Origin: Clostridia bacterium
Lineage (GTDB): Bacteria; Bacillota; Clostridia; Oscillospirales; CAG-382
Length of the DNA: 64,000 nt
NCBI GenBank assembly: GCA_017561145.1
Contig: JAFZDO010000025.1
Coordinates: 17,776-81,775 of the forward strand
Reading direction: 5' to 3'
The translations under genes were made by a program, and so were the position numbers. The notes beneath the pieces were generated by a model, which saw nothing but the letters and a program-made list of their open reading frames with translations, did no database searches and was not told the origin of the DNA. Position 1 is the first letter of the stretch. Every line of letters begins with the position of its first letter. Shown here one piece after another: positions 1 to 10,439 of the stretch.

Positions 1-1378
1 GCTTAAACGCCATTGGCAGTTCTGGGTATGCATGATCGCCTTGCACAAGCTCGGCGCGGTTGCGGTTCCCGCAACAAATCAGCTCGTTGAGCACGATTTC
101 GAATACCGCTTCAACGCGGGCGAGATCAGCGCGATCGTTTGTACCGCTGACGGCAATACCGCGATCGAAGCAGAGCGCGCTTTCCTCAAATGTCCCACTA
201 TGAAGACTAAGATCATGGTCAACGGCACGCGTGACGGATGGTTGGATTTCGATTCTAATTTTATGCGTTGCTCGTCCAACTTCCCGCGTGTTGAAAACAG
301 CAAGGATGACCCTTCGGTTATGTTCTTCTCGTCGGGCACGACCGGATATCCCAAGCTTGCGATGCACAGCTTCACCTATCCGCTCGGACATATCGTTACC
401 GCAAGACACTGGCATCACGTCGATCCCGACGGCTTGCACTTTACCATATCCGACACCGGCTGGGGCAAGGCGCTTTGGGGCAAGCTTTACGGTCAATGGC
501 TTTGCGAAGCGGCGGTTTTCGTTTACGACTTCGAACGCTTTGATGCGTCCAAGCTGCTTCCGATGTTCGCAAAATACAACATCACCACCTTCTGCGCACC
601 TCCCACAATGTATCGCTTCTTCATCCGCGAGGATCTTAATAAATACGATCTTTCTTCGCTTAAATATGCGACGATCGCAGGAGAGGCGTTAAATCCCGAG
701 GTATTCAAGCTCTTCTATAACGCAACCGGAATTAAGCTTATGGAGGCGTTCGGTCAGACCGAAACGACTCTTACCGTCGGCAACCTTATCGGCCACGATC
801 CGAAGCCCGGTTCTATGGGTAAGCCCAGCCCTGCGTACGATATCGACATCGTCCGTGAGGACGGAACGCCTGCCGCAGTAGGCGAAGAGGGCGAGATCGT
901 TATCCGCCTTGACAAGGGCAGACCCTTCGGCTTGTTCCTCGGTTATTACAAAAATCAGGAAGCGACCGATAACGTGCTTTACGACGGCGTCTACCACACA
1001 GGCGATACCGCTTGGCGTGATGAAGACGGCAACTTCTGGTACGTCGGACGTGTTGACGACGTTATCAAATCGAGCGGCTACCGTATCGGCCCGTTCGAGA
1101 TCGAAAGCGTTATTATGGAGCTTCCGTACGTTCTCGAGTGCGCTATCACAGGCGTGCCCGACGAAACGAGAGGCCAGATCGTTAAGGCGACGGTCGTTCT
1201 TACAAAGGACAAGCAGCCGAGCGAGGAATTGGTAAAAGAGATACAGAATTACGTCAAAACGCATACCGCGCCTTACAAATATCCCCGTAAGGTCGAATTT
1301 GTAGAAAGCCTTCCCAAAACCATTTCGGGTAAGATCAGAAGAAAGGTTCTGCGCGATAACGATAAAGCAAAGAATTAA
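1..1378 (+). CDS. AMP-binding acyl-CoA synthetase, 5'-truncated by the window edge
   Basis: AMP-binding motif FFSSGTTGYPK, EAFGQTET, YHTGD, RVDDVIKSSGYRIGP, LPKTISGKIRR; frame appears open upstream of 32. Confidence 0.9.
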   Translation, partial: LKRHWQFWVCMIALHKLGAVAVPATNQLVEHDFEYRFNAGEISAIVCTADGNTAIEAERAFLKCPTMKTKIMVNGTRDGWLDFDSNFMRCSSNFPRVENSKDDPSVMFFSSGTTGYPKLAMHSFTYPLGHIVTARHWHHVDPDGLHFTISDTGWGKALWGKLYGQWLCEAAVFVYDFERFDASKLLPMFAKYNITTFCAPPTMYRFFIREDLNKYDLSSLKYATIAGEALNPEVFKLFYNATGIKLMEAFGQTETTLTVGNLIGHDPKPGSMGKPSPAYDIDIVREDGTPAAVGEEGEIVIRLDKGRPFGLFLGYYKNQEATDNVLYDGVYHTGDTAWRDEDGNFWYVGRVDDVIKSSGYRIGPFEIESVIMELPYVLECAITGVPDETRGQIVKATVVLTKDKQPSEELVKEIQNYVKTHTAPYKYPRKVEFVESLPKTISGKIRRKVLRDNDKAKN

Positions 1379-1389
1379 TAAAAAATTCA

Positions 1390-1417
1390 TTGACTTTAAG
1401 CGATAATGTGTTAAGAT
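1390..1417 (+). promoter_or_regulatory. Putative sigma-A promoter of the miaA operon
   Basis: TTGACT-16nt-TAAGAT with extended -10 TG. Confidence 0.5.
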
Positions 1418-1493
1418 AATATTAGGAATAAAGTTAATATCAAGGCGCAGGAACCCCCTGCGCCTTGGTGCACCTTTAAAGTAGGAAAAAATC

Positions 1494-2372
1494 ATGGAAA
1501 AAATACCGCTTATCGTTGTTGTCGGCCCGACAGCCGGCGGCAAAAGTGCATACGCGATACAAAAAGCCACCGAGCTCGGCGGCGAAATAATAAGCGGCGA
1601 TTCCATGCAGATATACCGCGAAATGGATATCGGCACCGCCAAGCCTTCAAAGGCAGAGATGGAGGGTATACCTCACCATCTTATCGATATTTGCGATATA
1701 AGCGAGCCCTTTTCGGCGGCGCGGTTCGTAAAGCTGGCAAAAGAGGCGATAAACGACGTCGTTTCCCGCGGGAAATATCCGATAATCGCAGGCGGTACGG
1801 GACTTTATATCGACACGCTCATTTCGGGCACCGAGCTTATTGCTACCGAGGACGATCCGATACTGCGCGAAAGGCTTTTTGCCGAAGCAACTGAATTCGG
1901 AGCGGAGGCTCTGCACGCAAAGCTTGCGCAGATCGATCCCGAATCCGCAAACGCCATCCACCCGAATAATATAAAGCGTGTCGTTCGCGCATTGGAAATG
2001 TATTACAATACGGGCATCACGAAAACCGAGCTCGACCGAAGAAGCAGATTGCGTGAAAGCGAATATGATGCGCACACCGTTTATATCATCCCGCGTGAGC
2101 GTGAAACGATATATAACCGCATCGACGCGCGCGTTGACATTATGTTCGAAATGGGCTTGGAAAAAGAGGTGGAAGCACTTGTTGCCAAGGGACTTCGTGA
2201 AACGCCGACAGCGTCACAAGCGATAGGATACAAGGAATTTTATCCCTATTTCGACGGCTTGTACGGCATCGATTCGGTTAAAGAGGCGATCTGCCTTAAC
2301 ACCAGACATTACGCAAAGCGGCAGCTTACCTGGTTCAACCGCAAGCCTGCCGACGAGATGATTTATATTTAA
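1494..2372 (+). CDS. miaA: tRNA dimethylallyltransferase
   Basis: GPTAGGKS P-loop, DSMQIY, DIGTAKP, GGTGLY, YAKRQLTWF. Confidence 0.96.
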   Translation: MEKIPLIVVVGPTAGGKSAYAIQKATELGGEIISGDSMQIYREMDIGTAKPSKAEMEGIPHHLIDICDISEPFSAARFVKLAKEAINDVVSRGKYPIIAGGTGLYIDTLISGTELIATEDDPILRERLFAEATEFGAEALHAKLAQIDPESANAIHPNNIKRVVRALEMYYNTGITKTELDRRSRLRESEYDAHTVYIIPRERETIYNRIDARVDIMFEMGLEKEVEALVAKGLRETPTASQAIGYKEFYPYFDGLYGIDSVKEAICLNTRHYAKRQLTWFNRKPADEMIYI

Positions 2373-2408
2373 ATTTCACACGAAAAACAAAGAAAAGGAG
2401 GGAAAACG

Positions 2409-3770
2409 ATGAGCGAGCAAAACAAAAACCTGCCCGAAAATAAAACCGAAACTTCGGTTGCCACACGCCGCATAAAGCCGCAGGAAAACAAAAGCGACAA
2501 ATTTATTAAGTTTGCAAAGCGCTTTTTCGCACAGTTCGGCACCGCAATAATGGCGGTTGCCGTAGTCGCTTACGTTTTTCTTCAGCTCATGCTTAACGTA
2601 AGCGTGAGTCTCGACCGCGAAACCGCGACCTACGTAAATATAACCGACCGCGAAGAGCTTTCCGCTTTTTTGTTCCGTGACGAATATCTCATTCCCCAAG
2701 GCGCCGAGGGCACGGATTGCTTCCTTGCAGAGGATGGCGAAAAGGTCAGACTCGGTCAGGACATCGTTGTGACCTATTCCGACGAAAACGACGTTAAGAT
2801 CCAAAAACGTATAAGCGAGATCGACAACAGAATTGACATTCTCAAAAGGTCAAGCCTTACTACCGGCGCTTCGACGACCGATATAACCCTTATCGACGGC
2901 AGGATAAACGAGCTTATTCTTTCTATCGCACGTCAGGTCGATGAAAAGGATTTCGACAAGGTCCTCCGCGAAAAGGAAGAGCTGCTGATTTTAATGAACC
3001 GCCGACAGGCGTTGACTCATTCGGACGATTACAAAAAAGAGCTCAAGGAGCTTGAAGCCGAAAAGGAATCGCTTAATAATCAGCTGAGCGGGGCAAACTA
3101 CACCGTGCAATCGCCGAAGAGCGGATATTTTTATTCGACAGTCGACGGTTACGAAAATGCCTTTACTCTCGACGTGCTCGATCAGCTTACCGGCGAAAGC
3201 TTCGAAAAGCTTTCGGAATCGACACCCGACAAGGGCCTTATTTCGCAATCCTCGGGCAAGATAGTAATGTCGTCGACCTGGTATATTGCCGTTGCGGTAA
3301 ACAAACGCACCGCCGAGACCTTCAAAAACGGGAAGAATTATCCTATAACCTTCCAATATTCCAACAACACGGTTTTGGACATGACGCTCGAGCGTAAAAT
3401 AAACCGAACCGATAAGGACAGCACCGTTCTCGTGTTCAGCACGAAGCTCATGCCCGAAGGCTTCGATTATTCGCGTTGCCAGACGATCGAGCTTCCCACG
3501 ACAGTGCACGAGGGCATACGCGTCAATAACAATGCGATACGTATGCAGGACGGAGAGATCGGAGTTTACGTTGTAGTAGGCTCGAAGGTCGTTTTCAAAA
3601 AAACCACCGTTATTTACAATTACGGCAGCTATGCCGTTTGCGCAATACCCAAAAATCCCGCTTACCCCAACCGTCACGATATCGCGTATTCGTCACAGAC
3701 CGAGCTTTCGCTGCACGATTCGGTGATAATTAACGGCGAGGATCTGTTCGACGGAAAACGATTGAAATAA
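2409..3770 (+). CDS. HlyD-like membrane-fusion/periplasmic adaptor-type membrane protein of unknown function
   Basis: N-terminal TM helix, DGEKV half-lipoyl motif, coiled coil, SPKSGYF...VDGYE; typical clostridial gene between miaA and yggS. Confidence 0.65.
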   Translation: MSEQNKNLPENKTETSVATRRIKPQENKSDKFIKFAKRFFAQFGTAIMAVAVVAYVFLQLMLNVSVSLDRETATYVNITDREELSAFLFRDEYLIPQGAEGTDCFLAEDGEKVRLGQDIVVTYSDENDVKIQKRISEIDNRIDILKRSSLTTGASTTDITLIDGRINELILSIARQVDEKDFDKVLREKEELLILMNRRQALTHSDDYKKELKELEAEKESLNNQLSGANYTVQSPKSGYFYSTVDGYENAFTLDVLDQLTGESFEKLSESTPDKGLISQSSGKIVMSSTWYIAVAVNKRTAETFKNGKNYPITFQYSNNTVLDMTLERKINRTDKDSTVLVFSTKLMPEGFDYSRCQTIELPTTVHEGIRVNNNAIRMQDGEIGVYVVVGSKVVFKKTTVIYNYGSYAVCAIPKNPAYPNRHDIAYSSQTELSLHDSVIINGEDLFDGKRLK

Positions 3771-3784
3771 TTGGGGAAAAGATA

Positions 3785-4468
3785 ATGAACGATAAAAAAC
3801 AGGTTGCCGAAAGCATCGCACGGATAAAACGCGAGATAGACGGCAGAGCACGACTTCTTGCCGCAACAAAAACGGTTCCGCCGGAAATGATAAATTTTGC
3901 GTTGGAGCAGGGGATCGACCTTATTGGTGAAAATCGTGTAAACGAGCTTTTGGAAAAATACGATCAAATAAACCGCGACAAAACCGAAATTCACTTTATC
4001 GGCGCCTTGCAGACCAACAAGGTGAAATACATCATCGACAAGGTGGATATGATACATTCTGTGGACAGAGTATCGCTTGCCGACGAGATCGAACGCCAAG
4101 CCGCCAAGCACGGAATAATCATGCCGGTGCTTGCCGAGGTGAATATCGGAAACGAGATCACGAAATCGGGCGTTTCGCCGACCGAGATCTACGAATTTTG
4201 CAGGTATTTAAACAGCTTGCCGCACCTAAAGCTTCGGGGTTTGATGGCTATTCCTCCGAAATGCGAGGAAAAGGGCGGAAATAACGAATATTTTTGCAAA
4301 ATGAGGAAAATATTTGTTGACATATCGTACCAAAATGTAGATAATAGTAATATGGATGTACTGTCGCTTGGTATGAGTGACGATTATCTTGATGCCGTTG
4401 AATGCGGCTCGACAATGGTACGTGTCGGAAGCGGTATTTTCGGCAAAAGAATTTATAATAATAATTAA
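3785..4468 (+). CDS. yggS: YggS/PLPBP pyridoxal phosphate homeostasis protein
   Basis: LAATKT, IGENRVNE, HFIGALQTNKVK, LSLGMSDDY, VRVGSGIFG. Confidence 0.95.
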   Translation: MNDKKQVAESIARIKREIDGRARLLAATKTVPPEMINFALEQGIDLIGENRVNELLEKYDQINRDKTEIHFIGALQTNKVKYIIDKVDMIHSVDRVSLADEIERQAAKHGIIMPVLAEVNIGNEITKSGVSPTEIYEFCRYLNSLPHLKLRGLMAIPPKCEEKGGNNEYFCKMRKIFVDISYQNVDNSNMDVLSLGMSDDYLDAVECGSTMVRVGSGIFGKRIYNNN

Positions 4469-4496
4469 AATTAAACATATTTTCAGGAGGCACACT

Positions 4497-4958
4497 ATGG
4501 GACTTATGAATCGCTTGGGCGATCTCTTCAAGAGCGAAGAGGAATACGAAAACGAAGAATTTGAAGAATATGAAGAGGAAGAACAGGTAGTTGCAGCAGC
4601 GCCCGCACAGGCACCCAAGGCAGCTCCCGCATCCAGACCTACCGGCGGCATCTCCTCCGGCGCGGCATTGGAAATGAAGGTCGTCAAGCCCGAAAGATTT
4701 GACGAAGTTAAGGCTATCGGCGAGCATCTTCTTGCAAGACGCACCGTTGTTCTCAACCTCGAAGAAACCAACAAGGAAACCACCAAGAGAATCATCGACT
4801 TCCTTTGCGGCGTTGTTTTTGCAATTGACGGTCAGGTAAAGAAGGTTGCAAACGCTACCTACGTTGTTACCCCCAAGAACGTTGACGTTTCCGGCGAGCA
4901 GGCTGAAAACACCGCAGCTCCCGAGGAAGCAAAGCAGCCCAGAGAACTTTTCCGCTAA
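4497..4958 (+). CDS. sepF: Cell division protein SepF
   Basis: PERFDEV..IGEHL...VVLNLE...RIIDFLCG; AGGAGG RBS before ATG 4497. Confidence 0.93.
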   Translation: MGLMNRLGDLFKSEEEYENEEFEEYEEEEQVVAAAPAQAPKAAPASRPTGGISSGAALEMKVVKPERFDEVKAIGEHLLARRTVVLNLEETNKETTKRIIDFLCGVVFAIDGQVKKVANATYVVTPKNVDVSGEQAENTAAPEEAKQPRELFR

Positions 4959-4970
4959 GGTAGATAATAT

Positions 4971-5240
4971 TTGGAAACACTTTTTTATATCGTATCACGG
5001 TCGGTATATCTATTCTTAAGCATATTTATGTTCCTTCTTCTTGCAAGAGTCGTTTTGGGCTTCTTTGCGGATGAGGAATCAAGAGCGTTCAGCTTTTGCT
5101 ATGCGATTACCGAACCCGTTGTTTCGCCCGTGCGCGGATTGCTTTCGCACGTCCCCGTATTGGCGGATTCGCCTATCGACTTTTCGTTTATGGCGACCTG
5201 TCTTATAATTATATTAGTTCAAGACGCACTACCGCTTTAA
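4971..5240 (+). CDS. ylmG: YggT/YlmG family membrane protein
   Basis: ITEPVVSPVR...IDFS motif, position after sepF. Confidence 0.88.
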   Translation: METLFYIVSRSVYLFLSIFMFLLLARVVLGFFADEESRAFSFCYAITEPVVSPVRGLLSHVPVLADSPIDFSFMATCLIIILVQDALPL

Positions 5241-5350
5241 CGGTTTTTAATGCCAAAAAGCGTAGTGCTTTTGGGCTTTATTATGCAGGTTTGTATGCAA
5301 GGACCTTTTGAGCGTAAAGCGCTATATATAACCGAAAGGAGTGCTCTGCA

Positions 5351-6079
5351 ATGTTAGCACCGCACGAATTGAAAAATAAACAGTTTCAAAAAAGCTTTAA
5401 GGGCTACAATCCTCAGGAAGTAGACGAATATCTCGAATTCGTACTCGAAAAATACACGGAAGCATACCGCGAAAACAACGAGCTTGAGCGTAAGCTTCGC
5501 ATCGTTGTTACCAACCTCGACGAGATCAAGGACGAGGAGGAATCTATCCGCAGTACGCTTATTTCCGCACAGAAAATGGCGGAAAAGATCATTGCCGATG
5601 CAAACGACCGCGCCGATATAATCACCGGCGCTATCAAGGACCGTTGCGACGGCGTTATAGCGGAATTCCGTCAACAGCTTCAGGCCGAAAAAGAAAAGGC
5701 TTGGATCATGCGTACCCGCATAATCGACTTTAAAAAGCAGCTTTACGAGCTTTACGGAGCGCACATTGCCGACCTCAAGGATCTTTCGGTTAACGAGATC
5801 GAGGATATCGTTCTTCCCAACGACGACGTTTTGGTTGCGGGAATCTTTAACGACGTTAAGACGAGGATCGAAGAGGAAACCGAACGCAGAAAGAACGTTC
5901 GCGAATTAAAGAATGAGGAACCGCATTTTGCCGATGTGATCGAGGCGCCCGAGGCTTCCGAAGAAAAAGAGGAAGTTATCGACGTTAAACTTGACGATCA
6001 ACCCGAGCTCTCTGCCGAAGCAAAAACCGCAGAGGATGAATATCTTAAATACATGATGGGAGAAAGCAAGCCCGAATAA
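5351..6079 (+). CDS. divIVA: DivIVA domain protein
   Basis: F.KSFKGYNPQEVDEYL N-terminus, coiled coil, TLISAQKMAE. Confidence 0.9.
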   Translation: MLAPHELKNKQFQKSFKGYNPQEVDEYLEFVLEKYTEAYRENNELERKLRIVVTNLDEIKDEEESIRSTLISAQKMAEKIIADANDRADIITGAIKDRCDGVIAEFRQQLQAEKEKAWIMRTRIIDFKKQLYELYGAHIADLKDLSVNEIEDIVLPNDDVLVAGIFNDVKTRIEEETERRKNVRELKNEEPHFADVIEAPEASEEKEEVIDVKLDDQPELSAEAKTAEDEYLKYMMGESKPE

Positions 6080-6108
6080 TATCGGCAAAACGCTTTTTTA
6101 ATACGACA

Positions 6109-8913
6109 ATGAAGGACTACAAGGATACACTTAATTTGCCTGTCACCGATTTCCCGATGAGAGGCAACCTCCCCACAAAGGAGCCCGAAACACTTAACCG
6201 CTGGAACGAAGAGGAGCTTTATAAAAAGCTTCTCAAAAAGAACGAGGGCAAAACTCCCTTCGTTCTTCACGACGGCCCTCCCTTCTCCAACGGCTTTATC
6301 CATATGGGACACGCTCTTAACAAGGTTCTCAAGGACTTTATCGTCAAGTCCAAGGCAATGAGCGGACATTACACCCCCTACGTTCCCGGTTGGGACAACC
6401 ACGGTCTCCCTATCGAAAGAGCTATCGAAAAGACCAAAAAAGACCTTAACAAGGATATGACCGTTCCCGAATTCAGAAAGGCTTGCGAGGATTTTGCAGA
6501 GGACTTCATCCAAAAGCAGATGGCAGGCTTCAGACGCTTGGGCGTTGTCGGCGATTGGGATGCTCCCTATCGCACGATGGATAAGCACTTTGAAGCGCAA
6601 GAGGTTAAGATCTTCGGCGCAATGTTCGACAAGGGCTATATCTACAAGGGCTTGAAGCCCGTAACCTGGTGTCCCTTCTGTGCAACTGCGGTTGCCGAAG
6701 CGGATATCGAATATCACGACGATCCCTGTACCTCTGTGTACGTTAAATTCAAGATCAAGGACGATAACGGCAAGCTTGCCGGATTTGACCTTGAAAACAC
6801 ATATTTCGTTATCTGGACCACCACCATCTGGACTCTTCCCGGTAACATGGCAATCTGCTTGCACCCGCGTGAAAGCTATGCGCTCGTAAAGGCAGAAAAC
6901 GGCGAAACCTATATTATGGCGGAAGCTCTCGCCGAAAAGACCATGAAGGTAGGCGGATTCGAAAATTACGAAATTCTTGCGACCTTCCCCGGCGAATTTT
7001 TCGAAAATATGCTCGCCTCGCACCCCTTCCTTGACAAGACCTCGCGCCTTGTTTATGCCGAATACGTTACTATGGACAGCGGTACCGGCTGCGTTCATAC
7101 CGCTCCCGGCTTCGGTGCAGACGACTATCAGACCTGTATGAGATACGGTATGGACCTTGTCGTTCCCGTTGACGATTACGGCAAGCATACCGATTATGCG
7201 GGCAAATACGCAGGCCTCAAGACCGAGGAATCCAATCCCATAATTCTCGAGGATATGAGAGAATCGGGCGCGTTGTTCGCATCCGAAAACATCATGCACT
7301 CCTATCCTCATCACGACCGTTGCAAAAAGCCGGTCATCTTCCGTGCAACTCCTCAATGGTTCTGCTCGGTTGAATCCTTCAAGGATCAGGCTATCAAGGC
7401 GATCGAAAACGTTCAGTGGTTCCCTGCATGGGGCGAGGACAGAATGGTCAGCATGATCCGCGAAAGAGCCGATTGGTGTATTTCGCGTCAGCGCCGTTGG
7501 GGTCTTCCCATTCCCGTGTTCTACTGCAAGGATTGCGGCAAGCCTGTTTCCACTCCCGAATCTATCAATAAAATTTCGGCTCTCTTCGACGAATTCGGCT
7601 CGAACGCTTGGTTCGAACGCGACGTAGCAGAGCTTATCCCCGAAGGATTTACCTGCCCCCATTGCGGCGGCAAGACCTTCGAAAAGGAAACCGATACTCT
7701 CGACTGCTGGTTCGACTCGGGCTCGACTCACTTCGCTTCTCTTATGAAGGATACTCCCGACCTCTGGCCTGCAGACGTATATCTCGAAGGCGCAGATCAA
7801 TACCGCGGCTGGTTCCAATCGAGTCTTCTTACCTCTGTCGGTGCGCTTGACAAGGGCGCTCCCTTCAAGCAGGTTCTTACTCACGGTTGGGTTGTTGACG
7901 GTCAGGGCCGTGCAATGCATAAGAGCCTTGGAAACGGTGTTGACCCTGCAGACCTTATCAAGGATTTCGGCGCAGATATCGTTCGTCTTTGGGCGGCATC
8001 CTCCGACTATCACGCAGACGTTCGTTGCTCGAAGGAAATCTTCAAGCAGCTTTCCGAATCCTACCGTAAGCTCAGAAACACTCTCCGTATCCTTTTGGCG
8101 AACCTCGGCTCTGCCGAAAACGATTTCGACCCCAACAAGGATATGGTTTGCCCCGAAAGCCTTACCGATATCGATAAGTGGGCTCTTTCGCGTCTTAACA
8201 AGCTCGTTAAGCGCGTTCGCGAGGCTTACGATAATTATCAGTTCCATATCGTATATCACGAAATTCATAATTTCTGCTCTATCGATATGTCGAAGCTTTA
8301 TATCGACATCACCAAGGACAGACTTTACTGTGAAGCGAAGAACGATCCTGCGCGCCGCAGCACTCAGACCGCTATGTACGTAATCGCAAGCGCTCTTACA
8401 AGATTGCTCGCGCCTATCCTTTCCTTCACGAGTGAAGAAACCTGGAGCTTCATAAGCCATACCGATTCCGATGACGTCGAAAGCGTATTCTTTAACGATA
8501 TGCCCGCTTTTGAAGAAAAGTATGATTTCTCGGAGATCGAAGAGAAATATGAATCGCTCTTTAACTTGCGCGATGGCGTTATGAAGGCGCTTGAGCTTGC
8601 AAGAGCAGATAAGGCGATCGGTAAATCGCTCGAAGCCAGCGTTGCTATCTATGCAAAGGCAGGCAGCGAAGCGATGAACCTCTTCCGTGAATTTGAATCG
8701 ATCCTTCCCGACATTTTCATCGTTAGCAAGGTAAGCCTTTCGGATGAAAACGCTCCCGAGGGTGCGTATTACGACGAAGAAACCGGTATTTCTGTTGTTG
8801 TAGCTGTTGCAGAGGGCGAAAAGTGCGTTCGTTGCTGGATGCACAAGGACGATTGCACTGTCGATGAGGACGGTCAGCACCTTTGCGAACGCTGCCGTAA
8901 AGCAATATGTTAG
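6109..8913 (+). CDS. ileS: Isoleucine--tRNA ligase (type 1)
   Basis: HDGPP..NG.IHMGH, PGWDNHGLPIE, WTTTIWTLP, WCISRQR, EGADQYRGWF, C-terminal CVRC/CERC zinc finger. Confidence 0.98.
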   Translation: MKDYKDTLNLPVTDFPMRGNLPTKEPETLNRWNEEELYKKLLKKNEGKTPFVLHDGPPFSNGFIHMGHALNKVLKDFIVKSKAMSGHYTPYVPGWDNHGLPIERAIEKTKKDLNKDMTVPEFRKACEDFAEDFIQKQMAGFRRLGVVGDWDAPYRTMDKHFEAQEVKIFGAMFDKGYIYKGLKPVTWCPFCATAVAEADIEYHDDPCTSVYVKFKIKDDNGKLAGFDLENTYFVIWTTTIWTLPGNMAICLHPRESYALVKAENGETYIMAEALAEKTMKVGGFENYEILATFPGEFFENMLASHPFLDKTSRLVYAEYVTMDSGTGCVHTAPGFGADDYQTCMRYGMDLVVPVDDYGKHTDYAGKYAGLKTEESNPIILEDMRESGALFASENIMHSYPHHDRCKKPVIFRATPQWFCSVESFKDQAIKAIENVQWFPAWGEDRMVSMIRERADWCISRQRRWGLPIPVFYCKDCGKPVSTPESINKISALFDEFGSNAWFERDVAELIPEGFTCPHCGGKTFEKETDTLDCWFDSGSTHFASLMKDTPDLWPADVYLEGADQYRGWFQSSLLTSVGALDKGAPFKQVLTHGWVVDGQGRAMHKSLGNGVDPADLIKDFGADIVRLWAASSDYHADVRCSKEIFKQLSESYRKLRNTLRILLANLGSAENDFDPNKDMVCPESLTDIDKWALSRLNKLVKRVREAYDNYQFHIVYHEIHNFCSIDMSKLYIDITKDRLYCEAKNDPARRSTQTAMYVIASALTRLLAPILSFTSEETWSFISHTDSDDVESVFFNDMPAFEEKYDFSEIEEKYESLFNLRDGVMKALELARADKAIGKSLEASVAIYAKAGSEAMNLFREFESILPDIFIVSKVSLSDENAPEGAYYDEETGISVVVAVAEGEKCVRCWMHKDDCTVDEDGQHLCERCRKAIC

Positions 8914-9524
8914 CAGCTGTTATCGCGGTCTTGGCGATCATTGCCGACCAGATAACGAAATATATCGTTGTTGCAAATATCGAATATAAGGGTTCGGTGC
9001 CCTTTATTCCCGGATTTATGAGCTTTTTCCATACCAGAAATACGGGTGCCGCCTTTTCGATGTTTTCGGATCAGCGTTGGGTATATATGGTGTTTTCCTT
9101 CATCTCGATGGCCTTGATCATCTATATGCTCATCAGAGAATACAAGCGCCACAAGCTTCTTAACATAGCGCTTGCAATGGTGCTCGGCGGCGGTATCGGC
9201 AATATGATCGACCGCATTCGCCTTGGCTACGTTGTGGATTTCTTCAAAACCGAGTTTATGGATTTTGCCGTGTTCAACGTTGCCGATTGCTTTATTACGG
9301 TCGGTGCGGTGTTGCTTGGCGTATACGTCATCTTTTTCGAGCCGAGAGTCGAAAAACGTCTTAAGGCAGAAAAGGCCGCTCTTGCAGCCGCAACCGAATG
9401 TGCCACGGCAGAAACGGTTGCTCCCGTAACCGATGAAAAGGCAGAGCCTATAACCGAGGAAAAGACCGAAGAAGCCGTAAAAGCAGAAATAACGTCCTCC
9501 GAGGAAAACAGTGAAAATGGATAA
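8907..9524 (+). CDS. lspA: Lipoprotein signal peptidase II
   Basis: DQITK, NTGAAFS, GNMIDR...VVDF, FNVAD; long acidic C-terminal tail. Confidence 0.95.
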   Translation: MLAAVIAVLAIIADQITKYIVVANIEYKGSVPFIPGFMSFFHTRNTGAAFSMFSDQRWVYMVFSFISMALIIYMLIREYKRHKLLNIALAMVLGGGIGNMIDRIRLGYVVDFFKTEFMDFAVFNVADCFITVGAVLLGVYVIFFEPRVEKRLKAEKAALAAATECATAETVAPVTDEKAEPITEEKTEEAVKAEITSSEENSENG

Positions 9525-10428
9525 TTACACCGTTACTTTGCAGGATACCGAAGAAAAATGCCGATTGGACGTTTTGGCGTCACGTGTTTTCGAAATAAGC
9601 CGCGCAAGAGCGCAGGAGCTTATTTCGGACGGAAAAATAACCGTCAACGGCAAAAAATGCGAAAAAAAGCTTTTGCTTTCGGTCGGTGATATTTTGGAGA
9701 TCGAGCTTCCGCCCGAGCGTGAGCTCGAAGCTGTTCCTCAAAACATCCCGATCGATATAATCTACGAGGATGAATATCTCCTTGTGGTAGATAAGCCTCG
9801 CGGCATGGTGGTGCACCCCGCCGCAGGCAATCCCGACAACACCTTGGTAAACGCCCTGCTTTACCATTGTAAGGGCAGACTTTCGTCGATAAACGGAGTT
9901 ATTCGCCCCGGGATCGTGCACCGTATCGACAAGGACACTTCGGGCTTGCTTATAGTCGCAAAGACCGATGAAGCGCATCAGGGCCTTGCCGAGCAGATCG
10001 CCGTTCATTCCTTTACGCGAAAGTATGAAGCGATAATCGGCGGTCATTTGAAGGAAGAAAGCGGAACGGTCAGCGCACCTATCGGACGTCATAAGACCGA
10101 CCGCAAAAAAATGGCGGTCACCGCATTAAATTCCAAAGAGGCGGTAACGCATTACCGCGTAATTGCCGAAAGCAGGGAATATACCCATCTTGAGCTTACG
10201 CTCGAAACGGGCCGCACCCATCAGATCAGGGTGCACATGGCATATATCGGACATCCTGTCGCAGGCGATACGGTATATGGAAACGCACGTTACAGGCTTG
10301 GCATGGAAGGTCAATGTCTGTTCGCGAAATACATATCTTTTGTCCATCCGATAACGGGTGAGACCATGACGTTTGAAGCGGCAAGGCCTGCGTATTTCAG
10401 CGATGCGCTACGCCGCGCCGGGCTTTAG
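9511..10428 (+). CDS. rluD: RluA/RluD family pseudouridine synthase
   Basis: S4 domain, VHRIDKDTSG, LETGRTHQIRVH; follows lspA. Confidence 0.9.
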   Translation: MKMDNYTVTLQDTEEKCRLDVLASRVFEISRARAQELISDGKITVNGKKCEKKLLLSVGDILEIELPPERELEAVPQNIPIDIIYEDEYLLVVDKPRGMVVHPAAGNPDNTLVNALLYHCKGRLSSINGVIRPGIVHRIDKDTSGLLIVAKTDEAHQGLAEQIAVHSFTRKYEAIIGGHLKEESGTVSAPIGRHKTDRKKMAVTALNSKEAVTHYRVIAESREYTHLELTLETGRTHQIRVHMAYIGHPVAGDTVYGNARYRLGMEGQCLFAKYISFVHPITGETMTFEAARPAYFSDALRRAGL

Positions 10429-10439
10429 TCAGAAAGGAA

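Noticed and set aside
5998-8880. 960-aa ORF antisense to ileS, and similar long antisense ORFs over ldhA, nagB, sufB, the DUF4434 gene, murI and serA
   Set aside because: Shadow frames of well-recognised genes caused by codon bias; no recognisable motifs.
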